NCBI GenBank assembly: GCA_030704615.1
Contig: CM060733.1
Location: forward strand, 28,210,001 to 28,274,000
DNA: 64,000 bases
DNA from: Takakia lepidozioides
Lineage: Eukaryota; Plantae; Bryophyta
Direction of reading: 5' to 3'
The translations under genes were made by a program, and so were the position numbers. Under the pieces are notes generated by a model. That model was not told where the DNA came from. It worked only from the letters and a program-made list of their open reading frames with translations, and did not search any database. Below, piece by piece: positions 26,593-40,689 of this stretch (the first letter of the stretch is position 1; each line of letters begins with the position of its first letter).

Positions 26593-29500
26593 ATGCGGGA
26601 GAGACTAGAGAGACACAAGGAGGAGGAGATGGGACCAGCGATGGAGCAGCAACTACACGAGCTTACGCTGCAGCGCCATGTCATGGCTCTAATAGTCGCA
26701 CACTTGCGCGATCATCATCTCACGCAGGTCTGTTCCAGTTCTTAAAGCTCACATCTCGGGATGCTTGAACTGTGGCAATGTAGACATTTACCTGCTAGCT
26801 GAGATTTCCGAAGCATACCCATACTCTGCACGTTCGTTTGTATTGAGTGTGTGAAACCATGCGGTTCGTGCTTATCCACATCTCAGCACTGTGAGGTTGA
26901 GAGTACCGATTGGGCCACAATGGGTGCCGAATTATTTCTAAATGGTTTCTGAGTAACATGGCCCACCATCTTAGGCTATGTTACTCCGACAAGCTCTTAG
27001 CCACATTTTCCTTCCGGCAAAGAAGGTCATCAGCATCCCCGCTCCACTCTCTTTCTCCCTTTTTGTCTGGAATTTTTTGTGAAACCAAACCACGTCTCAT
27101 TTTCCAATGCTGATTCATGTTGATGCAACTGTACTTGGATTAGAAAGCCGCCTGAAATATTTCTGTGTAATATCCGAGGTATTTTTGTTCCAACCTACAG
27201 CATCAGCGACATGCATTGTTAAGGATGAAGCAGGGTTGAAGCAGGGTTTTGGGGTTTTGGGCATTTTGTTCCCTTCAGCCCTTTGTCAGATAATAAGCCA
27301 AATGTGATATACAGGATCTGTAGTTTGCACCCGGTATGGGAGAGAGCAACCTTACTTAACTCTTGTGTTTGTATTGGGGGGAATATGTCGCAGGCTGCGA
27401 CATCAGTGGCAAATGCAGCCATGATCCCAATGCAAGTGGAGGCGCCCCCGAACAGGCTGTTGGACCTTGTGCGCAAGGTACTTCCCTTCTTGTTCTGCAC
27501 CCTCAATATGGTGCACTGTCCGTGTATCTCTGTTTCTTCTTCCAGAACATTCCTTTGGAACAGATCAATAGACAGTCACAGTTACTTGGCAGAGAAACAG
27601 GCAACTCAAATGTATCAGATACAGAGACTGTCCTCACAAGACTCTACTTGTCATAGCTCTGGCATATGCCTCACACACTCATATGGGTGGAACAAAGGAA
27701 TGTGTAAAATTTAAACAAAGCACTCGTTCAACTGTGCTATGCCATGGCTGTACCTTTATGTTGCACAATCGATCAGAGTGCATATGAAGGCAGTGTTTAT
27801 GAGGTGTGGATGGCAAATATCCAGTGTTGGTGATAAATATTTGGGTGGTCCATCTCATAGGTTAAGAGGATATACTCATGAGACATTTGCCGTAGCCTTG
27901 TGGTCATAGGTTAAGAGAGTTGGAACACAGGGCTTGGCTGTAGACAGGGAGGAGACCTCAAGGGGGGCTGCCCCTGTTGCTTCTGGTGACAAGGGAGGCA
28001 GCGCTGGTGGTGGAGCAACTCTAGCTGGCTATGGACCCCTGCCTACTCTCCCCAAAACATCCTTGGATTTCAGGTAAGAACTGTACCATACTTATTTCCA
28101 ATATTGCCATCAGGGGTTGGAATAGGGTCAAAGATGTCGAGTACCCTGGCATTCACACTTACAGGGAAAGTTCATAAGCAGTCAACTTTGTTTCTAAGTG
28201 AAAACTAGAGGTGATCTTGCGTGCATGGAATTTGTCGTATCAGCTGCATATTCAGTACCACTTTCTTTCTATACTCGTGAGGCCGAGTCTTGCCACCCTT
28301 GTACTACTAACCCCTTGTGTTGCTGATCTCTGGCCCTATTCCTCTGCCACCCCAATACCATTCTTCGTCCTTGTGTGGCATTCCTCTGCTTCATGGCAAG
28401 CTCAGCCACTAGCTTGGTTTTGTTCTTGTAAAGATCCTTATGTAGATGTCCATGCTGAAAAGCCCGTAGGAGCCACATCTGACCCTTCAGGAAACCCCAG
28501 AAGGCTGGGTTTGCAGGAAGAATTTCAACTATAGGCCTGAATATGAATATGATCTTGTTGCAGTTATAAGCTCAAATTCTGCTGGGTCTCAGGTTCTTCA
28601 CATGTGTGGGAAAAGAGATGGTCTGATAGAAGATTGGGGCAGCTCAGTGCAGGAAACCAAAGGCACTCCCAAGAATTTTGCAAAGCATGATTCACGACAT
28701 GTTTCGGAGCACAAGGTATGGAGGTGCATACCCCTTCCCCAAACAATTGTACATCTTACTGTGTCTCAGACAAAATGGGTGTGTAACAATACTTGCAGGA
28801 AAAATGTGTGTAGTCTCTCGGCATTTACTAATGTCTCTTTGACTCCCTATGTTACAACACTTCTCCTCATTCTGAAAGATCAGGGGCAAATTATAGTGTC
28901 TTTAGGCAGTCAGCTGTGATGACCCGCAGTTCTTAGCAGCCTGCATGAGTCGCACTGTCACCAAGCACTGTCTAGTATGTTCTCTCATACTATGGTAATT
29001 GCTTGGTTCTTTCCAAACTTGTTCCTAGTGCTTGGTGTCCTTGGGTCCCTTGACCCCCTCACCAAGATAGTGTCTGTTGCCTTCCACCAACAATACAATT
29101 CTTATTCTTTCTTTCTTTCTTTCGTTCTGTTTTTGTCTCTCTAGCTGGTTGAGCTCCTTGCCCATGTTATACACTTTCTTCTTCTTTCTCTCTCTACCCT
29201 GGTTGGCAAACTATACCAGGGCTCTGCAGCGTCAGTCACGATGAAGCATCTTGCATACTGGCTTGACAACTGCTTGTAGGATCAATATGTGAAGTGATTG
29301 GGGGGCTGATGAATTTGTGGTAGAATGTGGCACGGTGTGCACGCTTTAGCCCAGATGGGCGTCTGGTAGCCACTGGCAGTGCTGACACGTCTATCAAACT
29401 CTTTGAGGTAAGATGCCTCTCCCACAAAAGTCTTTTCTGCTGCTGTTGTTTATCATGCATTGCATATGGTAAGGGACATGAGTGGTGTCATCTCTGTTGC

Positions 29501-32500
29501 CACTCTACATGTGGACATAGCTTTTATTCAATACATGTAAATTGGAGTTGGCATCTGGTTTCAATTTCTATCTCAATTTATCTGTCCTTGATATTCACTA
29601 GGTGTGCTGGAGTTGTCATTCCATGATTACTGATCGTAACAGCTTTTACAGGACATGTTCGACTGTGGGGTCAAAAAAGAAAATGATATATTTTTCAGTT
29701 GAGCTGGACTTCAAGAGTACATTCTTGTTGTTGGTAGTATTTTGATAGTATAATGTGAAAATCTAAAAGATAACCTATCAACAAAAGCTGTTGCTACCTA
29801 TTGTAATGTTTTGGATAAATCATGCCTCAGGTGGAAAAGGTGCGGCAGATGATGACACCTGATGGAGCCACCCGTGATACCCCAATTCGTCCAGTTATCC
29901 GTACTTTTTATGATCATATGCAGGTCAGTCTTTTACAACAGACTTTGTTCTGTGGTTATGTTCCTGACGCACATATATACTACCTCTTCATTCTGCTTGC
30001 TCTTCTGAGCTGATTGTATGGTTTGGGAGGGCGCAGCCAATAAATGACTTGGATTTTCACCCACAGATGTCAATCCTGATATCAGGCGCCAAGGATCGCA
30101 CCATAAAGTACAGTTTCCAGTCCTCGCTTGTGCTCTGTTGGAGTTTATGCCAGCTTATATATGATAACTGTTGATTGGCACTCATGTACCAATCTTGATG
30201 ATCATGGCTGTTTAATGTGGTTCCTGGCAGGGAACTCCTATCATATGCCATTGAACCTGTGGCTGTAGAAGGGGGTTCAAACGCTGGTTCTGTAAACATG
30301 CAACCCTGTGTGAGGGCCCAGTTCCTTCAAGATGTTGACAGGGCTTATTGATGAGTGGTTTCCACCACATATTCACATTTCAAAGGCATATGCATTTTTA
30401 CCCATGCTTACACCATGAAGATACAGTTGTACTCATTCATCCATGCCTTCACACTTTGTGATTCTCAATTACCTGGCAGGTTTGCTGAGGGTCATACTTC
30501 TGGAACTTTGGCTGGTTCAGGTTCTTTGATTTTGCAAAGTCAGCAGCTCGGCGAGCCATTCGAGTTATCCAGGTCTGGTTTCTTCTTTCTGTTGAATGTT
30601 TCAAGTTGTATATTAGCACCACGCATTTGGGTTTGGATCAGAGTGAGACCTGTATACTCATCTGGTTGAGGTTCACAAACTTTTCGGGACTTACACATGG
30701 TAGTTCACTCTAATTCATCTCACGCCCTTTTTGTATTGAATTTGTACTCTGTCAGGAGCTATATGTTAGAGGTTCACTTGTAGTCTCATTCCATCATTAA
30801 TCTTGTCAACACGTACAAAAGAAAAACCGTGAAGGTGCTTCTCTGCTTGTTTATCATTAGATTGGAAGTCCTGCAAAGTCTGTGCTCATCCTTTGAGGTC
30901 ATTCCATTGGAAGTCCTGTAAGATTCAGTTACTTTCTCTCCCCTGTGTAATTGTGTGGTTGTGGCAGTAAAAGTGATGCTAAGTATGTTAAATTAACTTC
31001 ACGAGTTCTTGAATCTTCGCATATTTGGATAGAACATAAGTATTTGCTTGTTGTGGGATGCACATCAGTTAGCCTGATGGTTGATGGTGGATTGCAGGAT
31101 ACACATAATGTGCGCTCGGTGGCCTTCCATCCATGCGGCGACTACCTTCTTGCAGGTTCTAGCAAACCCTATTGGTTATTTTTCGCAGGAAATTCTTGTC
31201 AAATATCCTTTTGGTCAGGTGTAAAGGTTCGAAATACACCTCATTGTCTCCTTTGTATCATTCCAGCAGGCCTTAGCTTCCACATCGGTAATAATTGTGA
31301 ATGTTGGATGTCTGAACATGTGTGGACAATGCAGGAACCGATCACCCAATCGCCCATTTGTATGATGTGTCCACCTTTCAGTGCTACTTGTCCTCATCAT
31401 TGCAAGAATCCCATGTTGGGGGCTCCATCAACCAGGTAATCCATCTCCCTGTGCCATGCATTGTTGTTTGAGATTCTAGTACTGATTTAGAGGTCTCTGC
31501 AAACTACTTAGTTGTTTGAATTAAGGTTTCTTCTAATCCCGTTGACAATTAACAGTAATTTACAAAATTATTGGTGAGACATCTGAATTGTCCCTACGTA
31601 AATGGTGTTCTTGGTGGTTTTCTCAAGTACTTCTTGATTACAGCAATTCACAAGCAAGAATTTCATATTCATGGGAAATAAAACTGTGACAATCCAAAGC
31701 AGAGTTAGCTTCTTCTCTTACAGAGAGTGGATAGTACCAAGGTACCTGCACATCATATGAGATCTTTGAACTGTTCAGGGTATGAGCTTGGTGTCACTGA
31801 AGAACTGTACGACTACATCTACTAGTAGGCCGTGGTACCCCGACAGCCAGGAGAGTCGTACTCGAGGTGTTTGGATTAATAAGAACTGTTGACTGACAGA
31901 TACGGTACTCCACGAATGGGGGAATGTATGTGACGGCCAGCAAAGATGGGGGCATACGGATTTGGGATGGCTTGACTGCACGCTGTGTGCGTGCTATAAC
32001 TGGTGCCCATGGATCAGCAGAGGCAACTAGTGCTGCCTTTACCAAAGACCAGAGGTAAATCCTAGATCTAGAACCTGCACATGTCCAGAAGGGGCTTGAC
32101 AGTTGAAGGGCAATGGCAGAGCAGTCTTCTTTATGGTGTGACTAGAGCAAGTTTTTCACATTTTAGCTCATTTGATGGTTCTTTATTCTCCTCTGATTGA
32201 CTAATGGGACCAAATGTCTTGAGACCTTACACCTGATCAACGTATTTCTCATAGCCTGCACCAAACGCTCACCTATTAATGTTACTGTGGAACTCTTCAC
32301 AGGTATGTGTTATCGTGCGGTAAGGATTCACAAGTCCGACTATGGGATGTGGGCAGCGGGCGGCAGGTCAAATATTATCCAGGTGCCCAGCACCCTCAGA
32401 TGCGTTGCCAGGTGTGTCGTCTTTAACTTCTTCTCCTGGTCAATTCTCAAGAGAGTGATAGCCATTGGCTAGGTTGTCTTGCGCTGGAGGCATCTTGGAA

Positions 32501-32948
32501 GCTCCCAGCCAATTCGGCCCGGTGTTCTTTCTATCACTGTATCCTGTTTGGATTGCACTGTGTCATGAAGCCTGTCATGACTCTGAAGCATGGGAGCTGT
32601 CTTTGTTGTGCAGGCTGTGTTCAACCATACAGAGGAGTTCATTTTGTGTGTAGATGAGTCACACAATGAGGTCCATTCCTATCCTGTACTGTTTGCTCCA
32701 AGTTTGGCACTGATATATTCCCAAAAAGAAGCTGATAGGGTCGGAGGGGTTATGAGTACCATGACAAGGGTGTTATGCATGGGTATGTGCAGGTAGTGGT
32801 GTGGGATTCTCTTACAGGAGACATTGTGGGAAGATTTCCATCCAATCATGTGGGTGCACCCCGTTGGTTGGAACACTCTCCAAGTGAAGCTGCATTTGTG
32901 ACTTGTGGGTCAGACCGTTCCGTCCGCTTTTGGCGCGAAGCATTGTAG
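26593..32948 (+). CDS. CSTF50: Cleavage stimulation factor 50-kDa subunit (WD40), 14 exons
   Basis: Exons 26593-26727, 27394-27477, 27931-28073, 28643-28715, 29324-29407, 29831-29923, 30037-30107, 30521-30572, 31098-31155, 31335-31435, 31900-32054, 32303-32411, 32614-32670, 32793-32948. Motifs LIVAHLRDH, PPNRLLDLV, RCARFSPDG..ATGSADTSIKLFE, PVIRTFYDH, TCGSDRSVRFW. Confidence 0.95.
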
Positions 32949-35049
32949 ACATCTGTAATGAATATTTCACCATCACCATCATTACCCCTAGGGTGCACAC
33001 CACTCACATCTTTTTCGCTGGTATGCCATGTCAAAGTAGTTGCAGTTTGTCTTGGACCCACGCAACTATGCAAACCATCTAGTTGCTTCAAGATTGGTTG
33101 GTTTGTGACAAGGCATGTACCTCACTAAGGCACGCGTTGTGACCCACCCATTCTCCCTTGTATTTTGAAGAGAGTGGGCAGCAAGGCTGCATCACTTCAA
33201 CATTCTGAGTCCTACTCTATGGGGGATCATGTATACAATGTCTATGGTGGCGCGTATTGCCCAAAAAATGTTACTGTAGCAGTGCACCTGTAAGTGGCAG
33301 ACACATTTCTGTCTTCTGACTAAGTTATCACCACATGCTGCTTTACTTGGTAAACCCTTTTGGGTTGTTTTGATTGGCATCAATGTGTCATGTGTTGGGT
33401 GGTCATGGATTTGGATCTCCATCTGTTTCAGTTTCTGCCCTCCTTGGGAGTGTAAGCTGGCCAAGGGGTGTTGCTCTATGGCAAGTAGATTTCTCCCTCA
33501 CTCAGCTGTGTTGCAACCCAGGACTTGCCAGCTTGAATGGGTTTGAAGAGTATGAAGTCTCTTGTCAGATCAACCAGGGAAGGACTTACCCATTTTAGTT
33601 GAATAACGATGAGGCTCTGCAAGCAGATATTTTATGCGAATCCAAGTGAGCTTTTGCAGTTCAACTCACCCATGGCTGAGGCGTAAGTGTAGAATCCATA
33701 CTTCAACAGTGTGCCCACCAATTCCAGGCTTGAAGAGGGCCCAAATACTGTGATAGGTTTTAGACAGGTGTCTAAAACCTTCTTGCATGCTGTACTCAGC
33801 AGTTACTGATTGGTTGTTCACATGAACCTTGTGATCTGAAGGTCCATCTGCTAACTTAATGTCAATCAGACATGGTTGAATGATGTTGGGAACTTGATGC
33901 AATTCAGAGAAAGATTATGCCAGAAGAGGTAAGGTGGCACTCAAATACAAACACAAAATGTGCACCTGGTTCTCAGAAACACATGAACAGTACGTTGCTG
34001 GGTTTTGGTAGGTATGACAGGACTTCAAGATGCTCATAAAGCCCATGATTTCATGCGCCTTTATGGCATATGTCTTCCCACCAAGCAAGCCTGCCACACA
34101 TGACTCGCATTCAAAGCTAAGTGCCCTTTGCCAGCTGTTGCATCACCTTTCAAAGGAAACACTCCCTAAATTTGCTCCTCAAGGGAATTTTACTCCGGGA
34201 ATGTAGCTTGGGTGATCTGGATTGGATTTCAGGGCACACACAAATTTAGCTTCCACAATGTGCTTGTCACGCACATTGGCGGCCCTTGTTTATTGCACTT
34301 GTGTCAGGATAGAGTTTCGGAAAGTTTGCACACGAATTTCCTTCAGAGAGGTTCCCGAGTGAAGTGTATGTTGCTCTTGGAGACTCACTGCACGCCCATC
34401 AAGGTAAGTACTATACTGCAGTTCTGGATTGTCTAGTAACCAACTTGCAGGAGGCTTTCCGTCCCCCCCTTTTTGTTTATTTGCTTATCTATGAAGTCTA
34501 CTGGGTTATTTTCCTGCGGTGAGTCTGTGTCGTGATCAGTTTTCATGCGTATGTCACTTCATATTTGAGAAGAAAAGCCAGCTATTCTAGCCCCAAAGTT
34601 ACAATGGCTTTTCAGGGGGGCATAAAAGGATACAATGCACTTACAGTACTTGCAGCCTGCATTGAGGCAACTTTGTAGCTCAAATCCTGGAAAGATTCCA
34701 ATATATACCTGAATTTGTAAGATCCAATATCACTTTATCTTAGTTGGGCAGGGAACCGGCAGTTTTAGTACACTAGAGAGAGGAGCCTGTACTGGCATTG
34801 GGGAGATGCAAGCAGATATCTGCACGTTCATATTGCCTGGCACCATAGCCAGACCTCCATCAGGCCTCAGCAGCCACTGTCGTACCCACACACCACTGCT
34901 GCACACTGCACAGCAACGCCCACAACTCGTCACTTTGAGACTAACAGAATCCAGCACCTAGACTGCCTGCTTCACTCTAAAAGTAGGTACTTCTCTTAAG
35001 GAGGACATTCCATGTTTCAGGAGTGACTTTTGATGTTTGATAGGTAGGA

Positions 35050-35145
35050 TTTTTTTTTTGTTGTTGTTGTTGAAGAGCGGTCTCAGGCCCCTTACTAGTT
35101 ACACAGTGAGAGGAGAAAACAACCTCTTTCAAGGTAAGCTCGCCT
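35050..35145 (-). mobile_element. 5'-truncated SINE-like copy with (CAA)n/A tail
   Basis: tcaggcccctt..agtgagaggagaaaacaacctctttcaaggtaagctcgcc matches 59594-59647 and is adjacent to a T/(TTG)n tract. Confidence 0.6.
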
Positions 35146-36322
35146 CCAGTTGAAGAGCCGAGCACAAGGCTCATGGAAGGGACGGGAGAAGATAATACTA
35201 CAGTTATAGTGTAGTTGTTCGTTCGATTGTAGAGGATGGTTTGTCGATTGTCAAGACCCCACATCATCTGATCCCTTGTTGACAAGTGTAGTGGCAAATC
35301 TCGAACATCTGTCTAGCCGCATGTCAAGTTCCAATCGACAAGTCCTTCTGGAGAGATGACACCATCTTGGTAACTCCATAGGCTAGAAACACCCATATCA
35401 TGACGCACCAAAGCAGTTAGCATAAGTTCAGTTACTTTAACCTTTAGCACCATGTACCATATCAATAGAAAGCCCTTCGCACAGGCCAAATTTGTCTAGT
35501 GGCAATAGCGTCCCATTCTCAATTTTAATGCCCTAAAATGGACAGTGGGGTGCAAGCTTGCATGTGGCCCACCTGAACGCTACTAAGCCTGTCTGTCGGT
35601 ACTTGGGCTTGTTACCGTTTTAGAAGGTAAAGATACTATTGCAAAGCTCTTTAGGTGCTCCATCATTTAATCTTAGTTGGAACAATTTTCAGTAGAGTTC
35701 ATCTACCTCGGATAATTTGAGTGTAATGCAAGGGTAATTCCTCTTTGGGTGTTTATCAGCCTATCATGTTGCCAAAAAATGGGTGCACCATGGTGGTAGC
35801 ACAATGGGTCCTGCACCACAATGGGCCTTCTACCCTAGCAGACTCCTCTTGACTTCAGAAGCTATTATTAGTGGAGCTAATTTCCTTATTAAGAGTGCTT
35901 GTCCCGCAATAAATTCCCACATAGATTGCGCAACAGTGGCAAAGAGAAGAAAGGAAGATTGTCTGTAGCCAGGTCGGTACCTACCTAGCATAATCTTTGT
36001 CATTTGCTTGTCATTTGTCTTACTATCTACAGCCATCATCCCAAGTTACTGAAATCCGAGCGGAGTAGTTTAGGTAGTTTGATAAAGCATAATATCCACA
36101 CTTATCTCTCTCGCACTGTAGAGCAGAGCAGGAGAGGACTCGAGAGGTCAGTAATGAGCGCATACTGTATACTCGTGGGTCCCGGAATCAAATTATGTCA
36201 GACTGAAAAGAGACATTCTCTGCACGCGCCAACACACCCATGTTCCACCTACACGTTTATGCTCTGCTCCCGTGTACGCCCTTCTCTTCCACTCCGCGCT
36301 GACATCAGGCCTGCTGTCTTAT

Positions 36323-36397
36323 CTCTAAACTCTCACCTCTAAACATGTCCTCAACTCTAAACACGTCCACCACTCTAAACACGTCCACCACTCTAAC
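36323..36397. repeat. Short ~18-bp tandem repeat (ctctaaacacgtccacca), about 4 degenerate copies
   Basis: Directly visible in the sequence. Confidence 0.8.
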
Positions 36398-38185
36398 TTT
36401 ACCTTGAATTTCATGACAACGCTCTTCACAATCCAATTCACAACCCAAATGGTGGACTCGGGAGCCAATTTGGAAGGCTCACGAAGCTCACGAAGCTGCG
36501 AGGTTGCTGGTAACGAGACGAGGCCAAAAACTGTTTGCGGCCATTGCGGCTGTCACAGAAGCTGGCTGACAACTGGCGCCCCCTCTCTTTGTTAGACCTT
36601 CCCATCGTCCCCACCGCTAATAGCCGGTCGCGTCAGCGACGGCGTCGTAAGTTGCAACCACGGTTCACATCGCGGTTAAGCCGAAATTTGCGTGTAAAGT
36701 TCTATTTCTGCTTACGGGAAACTATGGTTAGGTGCGGGGTGACGTGGATGCATGAATTGCGAAGCGATGGCGGGAACTGACCGGGAACCGGCAGTGGCCG
36801 GTGGTGAGCGGGGTTGAGCAAGAAAGGGGGAGGTGCATGATTGGATGTCTCTAAGCCTACTCGCTCCGTGCAGAGACCTTCTCGCTCGCCCGCTTGCCTG
36901 CATGCCTGCTTGCCTTGCGGAGGAGCTGCGCGATTCAGATTGAAGAGCTTCGTCGGAATCTGCGTTTCGTTGGCTATGTAAGCATATTTTTCTTTCGTTG
37001 TCGAAGTCAGTCTGAGACTGATTCAACCTTCTCGGCTGGTTTTGCAATTTATTATAGCCCCTTTTATCCGGGGCTGGTTTAGAATGTTTTGTCCTGTTCT
37101 ACTCCCGCGCACTTGCTTTCGAAGGCTTGAATCAGAGGTCACAGACTCACAGTGTCTGTAGCTTGGGATTTATGTCGATGGTTGGATTCCTCGGGAAGGA
37201 ATGTCGTGACTGAGACCTTTTTCTTTGTTCGTGACTGAGATTGGTTTAGAGATTTAGAGGTAGATAATCTTAAGGAAAAGTTTTTCCGGGATTCTGTTTC
37301 TATCAGCGGTTGAGGTGGAGGTGCATTTCGTTATACTACTCTGGGAGTCTGCTTCCGGAGGCGATAAAGATTACAAGGGAAATCCTTGTATGTTTCTTGA
37401 AGCTGACTTCCTGGTGCTCCTTCTTCCGAATGGCTTGAACAATCATGTCATCTCGTCTCCTTGTGTTTGTAAGTGTGGAGATGTGTCGTAGACGAGGTCC
37501 TCTGTGAATGTAGCAAGAAGATTGATCTCGTTCAAGGTCCCGGATGTGGGAGGCGGATGGAGGTGTCAGTTGATAGTGCAACTTTAATGGGCAAACGCAG
37601 CGTATTTTAAGACGGAACTTCACGTCTTCCGGCTCTCTCGGCAGCTTGACCTGTTCTGCCTTCCTTCTGCCTTCGTTAAGGACGCGGTGACGGTTACGCT
37701 ATGGTGAAGTGGCGGATATGTGTAGGAACGTCACATGCAAGCGAGTGCTTTGTTAGGGAGGTTGTGTGAAGTCGCCAGCAATTGCATAGTGAAACTTAGC
37801 GATGTAATCTAAAGATGATGTCTGAGGACATGTGGCACAGGTGTTCTCATCAACTGTGCAGATTGAGTATCTGACAGTTGTGTTTGGCAGGAGTTCTGAT
37901 TACAATGTGTTGGATAAAGCTTTCAGAGTCTTGATTAGAGTTTTGATCACAATGTCCTGGATATCATGCAGGCTTCAGGGCATTGCCCACGGAACAAGGC
38001 GGCTACTCTGTCATATGTCTCAGGGGTGAGCATTTGAAGGCAGGTTTGGAAAGGTTGTTGATCTGGAACTCATTGAGCCAGTGAGTTCCGCTTAAAGCCA
38101 TTGCGCTAGAGGAGATCCTATGTCCATATAAGTACTGAAAGTGCAACTGCGCCTAAGAGGTGATTAGACTTCTCTCTAATCGGAT

Positions 38186-39178
38186 ATGCAGCGTTCCTCG
38201 GGTGCATTGCATACTGTAGTGCCCTCTGCTCAGAAACCTCCAAGGCCTCCCAGCAGAAACAGGGTATATCAGATGGAGACAGTTCTTCGAGATGAAGGCT
38301 GCTATAGAGATTTGGAGAAAGGCGACAAGGGACGGTGGCGGTTCAAGCCAGAGCAGGCGGTTCACTTGATTCCCGTAGTCTTATTGACCTGTCTGCTAGT
38401 TCTCTACATATGCTCTTCTGTACCATTTCATGGTGAGATTCTAAGTACTTGGTCCTTCCATTCGTTCTATTATTTTCTTCATATAGCCATCCCAACATCC
38501 CCACAGGACTTGGATTTCACTCATCTGCTTCATGATCTTCGACTGTGTACGCATGTGCTGAAATTGAAGTGTTTGGTACCGCATAAGGCCATATTCCGTT
38601 TTAGCGTTGTGTTAGTCAGACCTTGGTTCACATCAATTTTTTATTCAGTTTTTCGGGTTCTCTTTAAAGATGGTGTGTGGTTTAGATAGCAGACAGCTTC
38701 CTCCCATTTCCAAGTGCGTCTAGATCGGAAATGAGATCTGTTTTCCTTTCTCTTGAGTAATCCTGTGTTCAAATTGGACATAGTAGCCTACCTAGTGATC
38801 AGACATTCACGTCATCTTGGTTTAGAAATCTCAAAGTGTAGTCCTCACCTCTGGCAGAGTTTCATCGTTGACGAAAGGCTGTGGCTTGGAGTCTACACAG
38901 GTTTCTTTGTTCCACAGTGTTGCCATATCTGAGGTTGAGACTTCCTAATTTCTTACTCTGTTGGTTTTACAGGATCTGAATTGCCCGGTGATGGTGCAAA
39001 TCAGATGATTATTCAAAAGACGGTAGTGCCAGAGAGGCACTTGCAACAGGCAAACATACGGAGACTGGAGGAAGAGAGAATTCCCACATTGATGAATTAT
39101 GAGATAAGGGCTGACCTCCCTAACCATCCTTCCGACCTTCCAGTGATACCAGTTACACTGAGGGGTGCTACTACTTAA
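38186..39178 (+). CDS. Small single-pass transmembrane protein (plant family with E.AVHLIP.VLL.C motif), 2 coding exons, ~150 aa
   Basis: Exon 38186-38432 (G|GTGAG) and 38973-39178 (ttttacag|GA) join in phase 1. Hydrophobic segment EQAVHLIPVVLLTCLLVLYICS. Confidence 0.78.
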
Positions 39179-40459
39179 TCACTGCTGCTGAAATTTTTGA
39201 TGAAGCCCTCCATAAATTTCTACACTTCCCCTGAGAGATGCCTGCAAGGAGGTATCAGCTACAGACTCTCTTGTTTGTGAACTATGCAGCAGTATTTGGA
39301 CACCTATTCCCCTCCAGCTCCATGGATAGCTCCATGGGTTTTCTTAGCTGACATTTGTTCATTGTACATTCTAGAATTAATCATGCTTTCAGACTGGGAT
39401 CCTATAACCCTGTTGGCATGAAGGCAGCGCAGGAGGCAAAAGACATCCGAGGGGAAGGGTGGCATGTGGACTTTGGCTGATAGACATGTGGATGCTGGAA
39501 CAGCTGGACACAGACCCTTGAGCAATTTGGAGATGCAGTATCTTCTAATGTTTGGTTATAGCAATTGCATTTTCAATGTTGTGCTTTGCATAAGTCAATC
39601 ATTCCTTGAGGCTAGTGTGAAAACGTCTAATAACTTTCTTAGTTTTTCAATCGTCATGCTCCATGCTCTACATGGCTTTTGGACTGTATTATCATGACAG
39701 CCTGTGACTACACATTTTGACAAGATATAGGAAGAGACTAGAAACCAACTCTTGGACATATTTTTGGGGAGGGCAGACTTTCAGGCAAGTCACTTCGATA
39801 AGATTTGGAAAATATGTGGATTCCAGATGATTGTACATACAGCATTACCAGTTTTGTATTTCAAGGCTTTGTTCTTAAGAGTGACTGCAATGCAGTCTTA
39901 TTGCTTGTGCAACAAGAATATGTTTAAAATTGATGTTTGATTTTTTCTGTGTGTTCTCTGGTAGACTTCCTTAGCCAGATCTGTGAGATTTGGCAAAGAG
40001 ATTATGCACAAAACGAATGAGCATTTTCCACATACAGCAACCTCAGCAGAAGATTGCAAAAGATGAAAAGACATTTTACTTGCTGTGTCTTGAAGTGGAC
40101 AAGACTTCTAAAGTAGATAATGGATTCGGAATTTTTGAGTCTGCAAGGATTGGAGTGACCAAGGGGAAGTGGCTGATTTCAAGTTTCAGCTGGAGTCTCC
40201 TTCTGGAGGGACCAGCATCAATGCTAATGATTGTGGCCAAGGAGCCCACCAGAGGTGACCTTCAAGTAAGTGTTGACAATACAGCGATGCAAAAGAACGG
40301 AAGAGAGAGAGAGAGAGGACATCTACATTAATAGATTTCTTTTGAAGTTCATGAGCATGAGGGCCATTCATGGTAGTTACATGATATAAGCCAATCCCAA
40401 ATTGACAGGACTTCCCCGAAACTCACTGCATGCGAACTCACTGCATGCAATACTGAATA

Positions 40460-40689
40460 CAGTCAAACCTGGATAAATGTTACCTCTTTTTTAGTTATAT
40501 CATCCTAAATGTTATGTATTTTCTGCCCTCTCTCTAAATGTTATCTTGCATTTGAAGGACCTGTTTTAATGTTAAATTTCTAATTGTTACGTTATGAAAT
40601 TTCAACCTGTTTTACTGTTATTTGATATACCTGCCTAATTGTTATAGAGTTCCTACTCTTGGAGCATAACAATTATCTAGGTTTGACTG
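40460..40689. mobile_element. Tc1/mariner-pogo-type MITE, 230 bp, TA target duplication
   Basis: TA|cagtcaaacctggataaatgtta ... taacaattatctaggtttgactg|TA; 23-bp TIRs with 2 mismatches; AT-rich interior with repeated (a/t)atgtta. Confidence 0.88.

Noticed and set aside
34730-35400. Protein-like minus-strand frames (MGVSSLWSY...NLTCG*...)
   Set aside because: In-frame stops, overlap with a SINE fragment, and no recognisable family.
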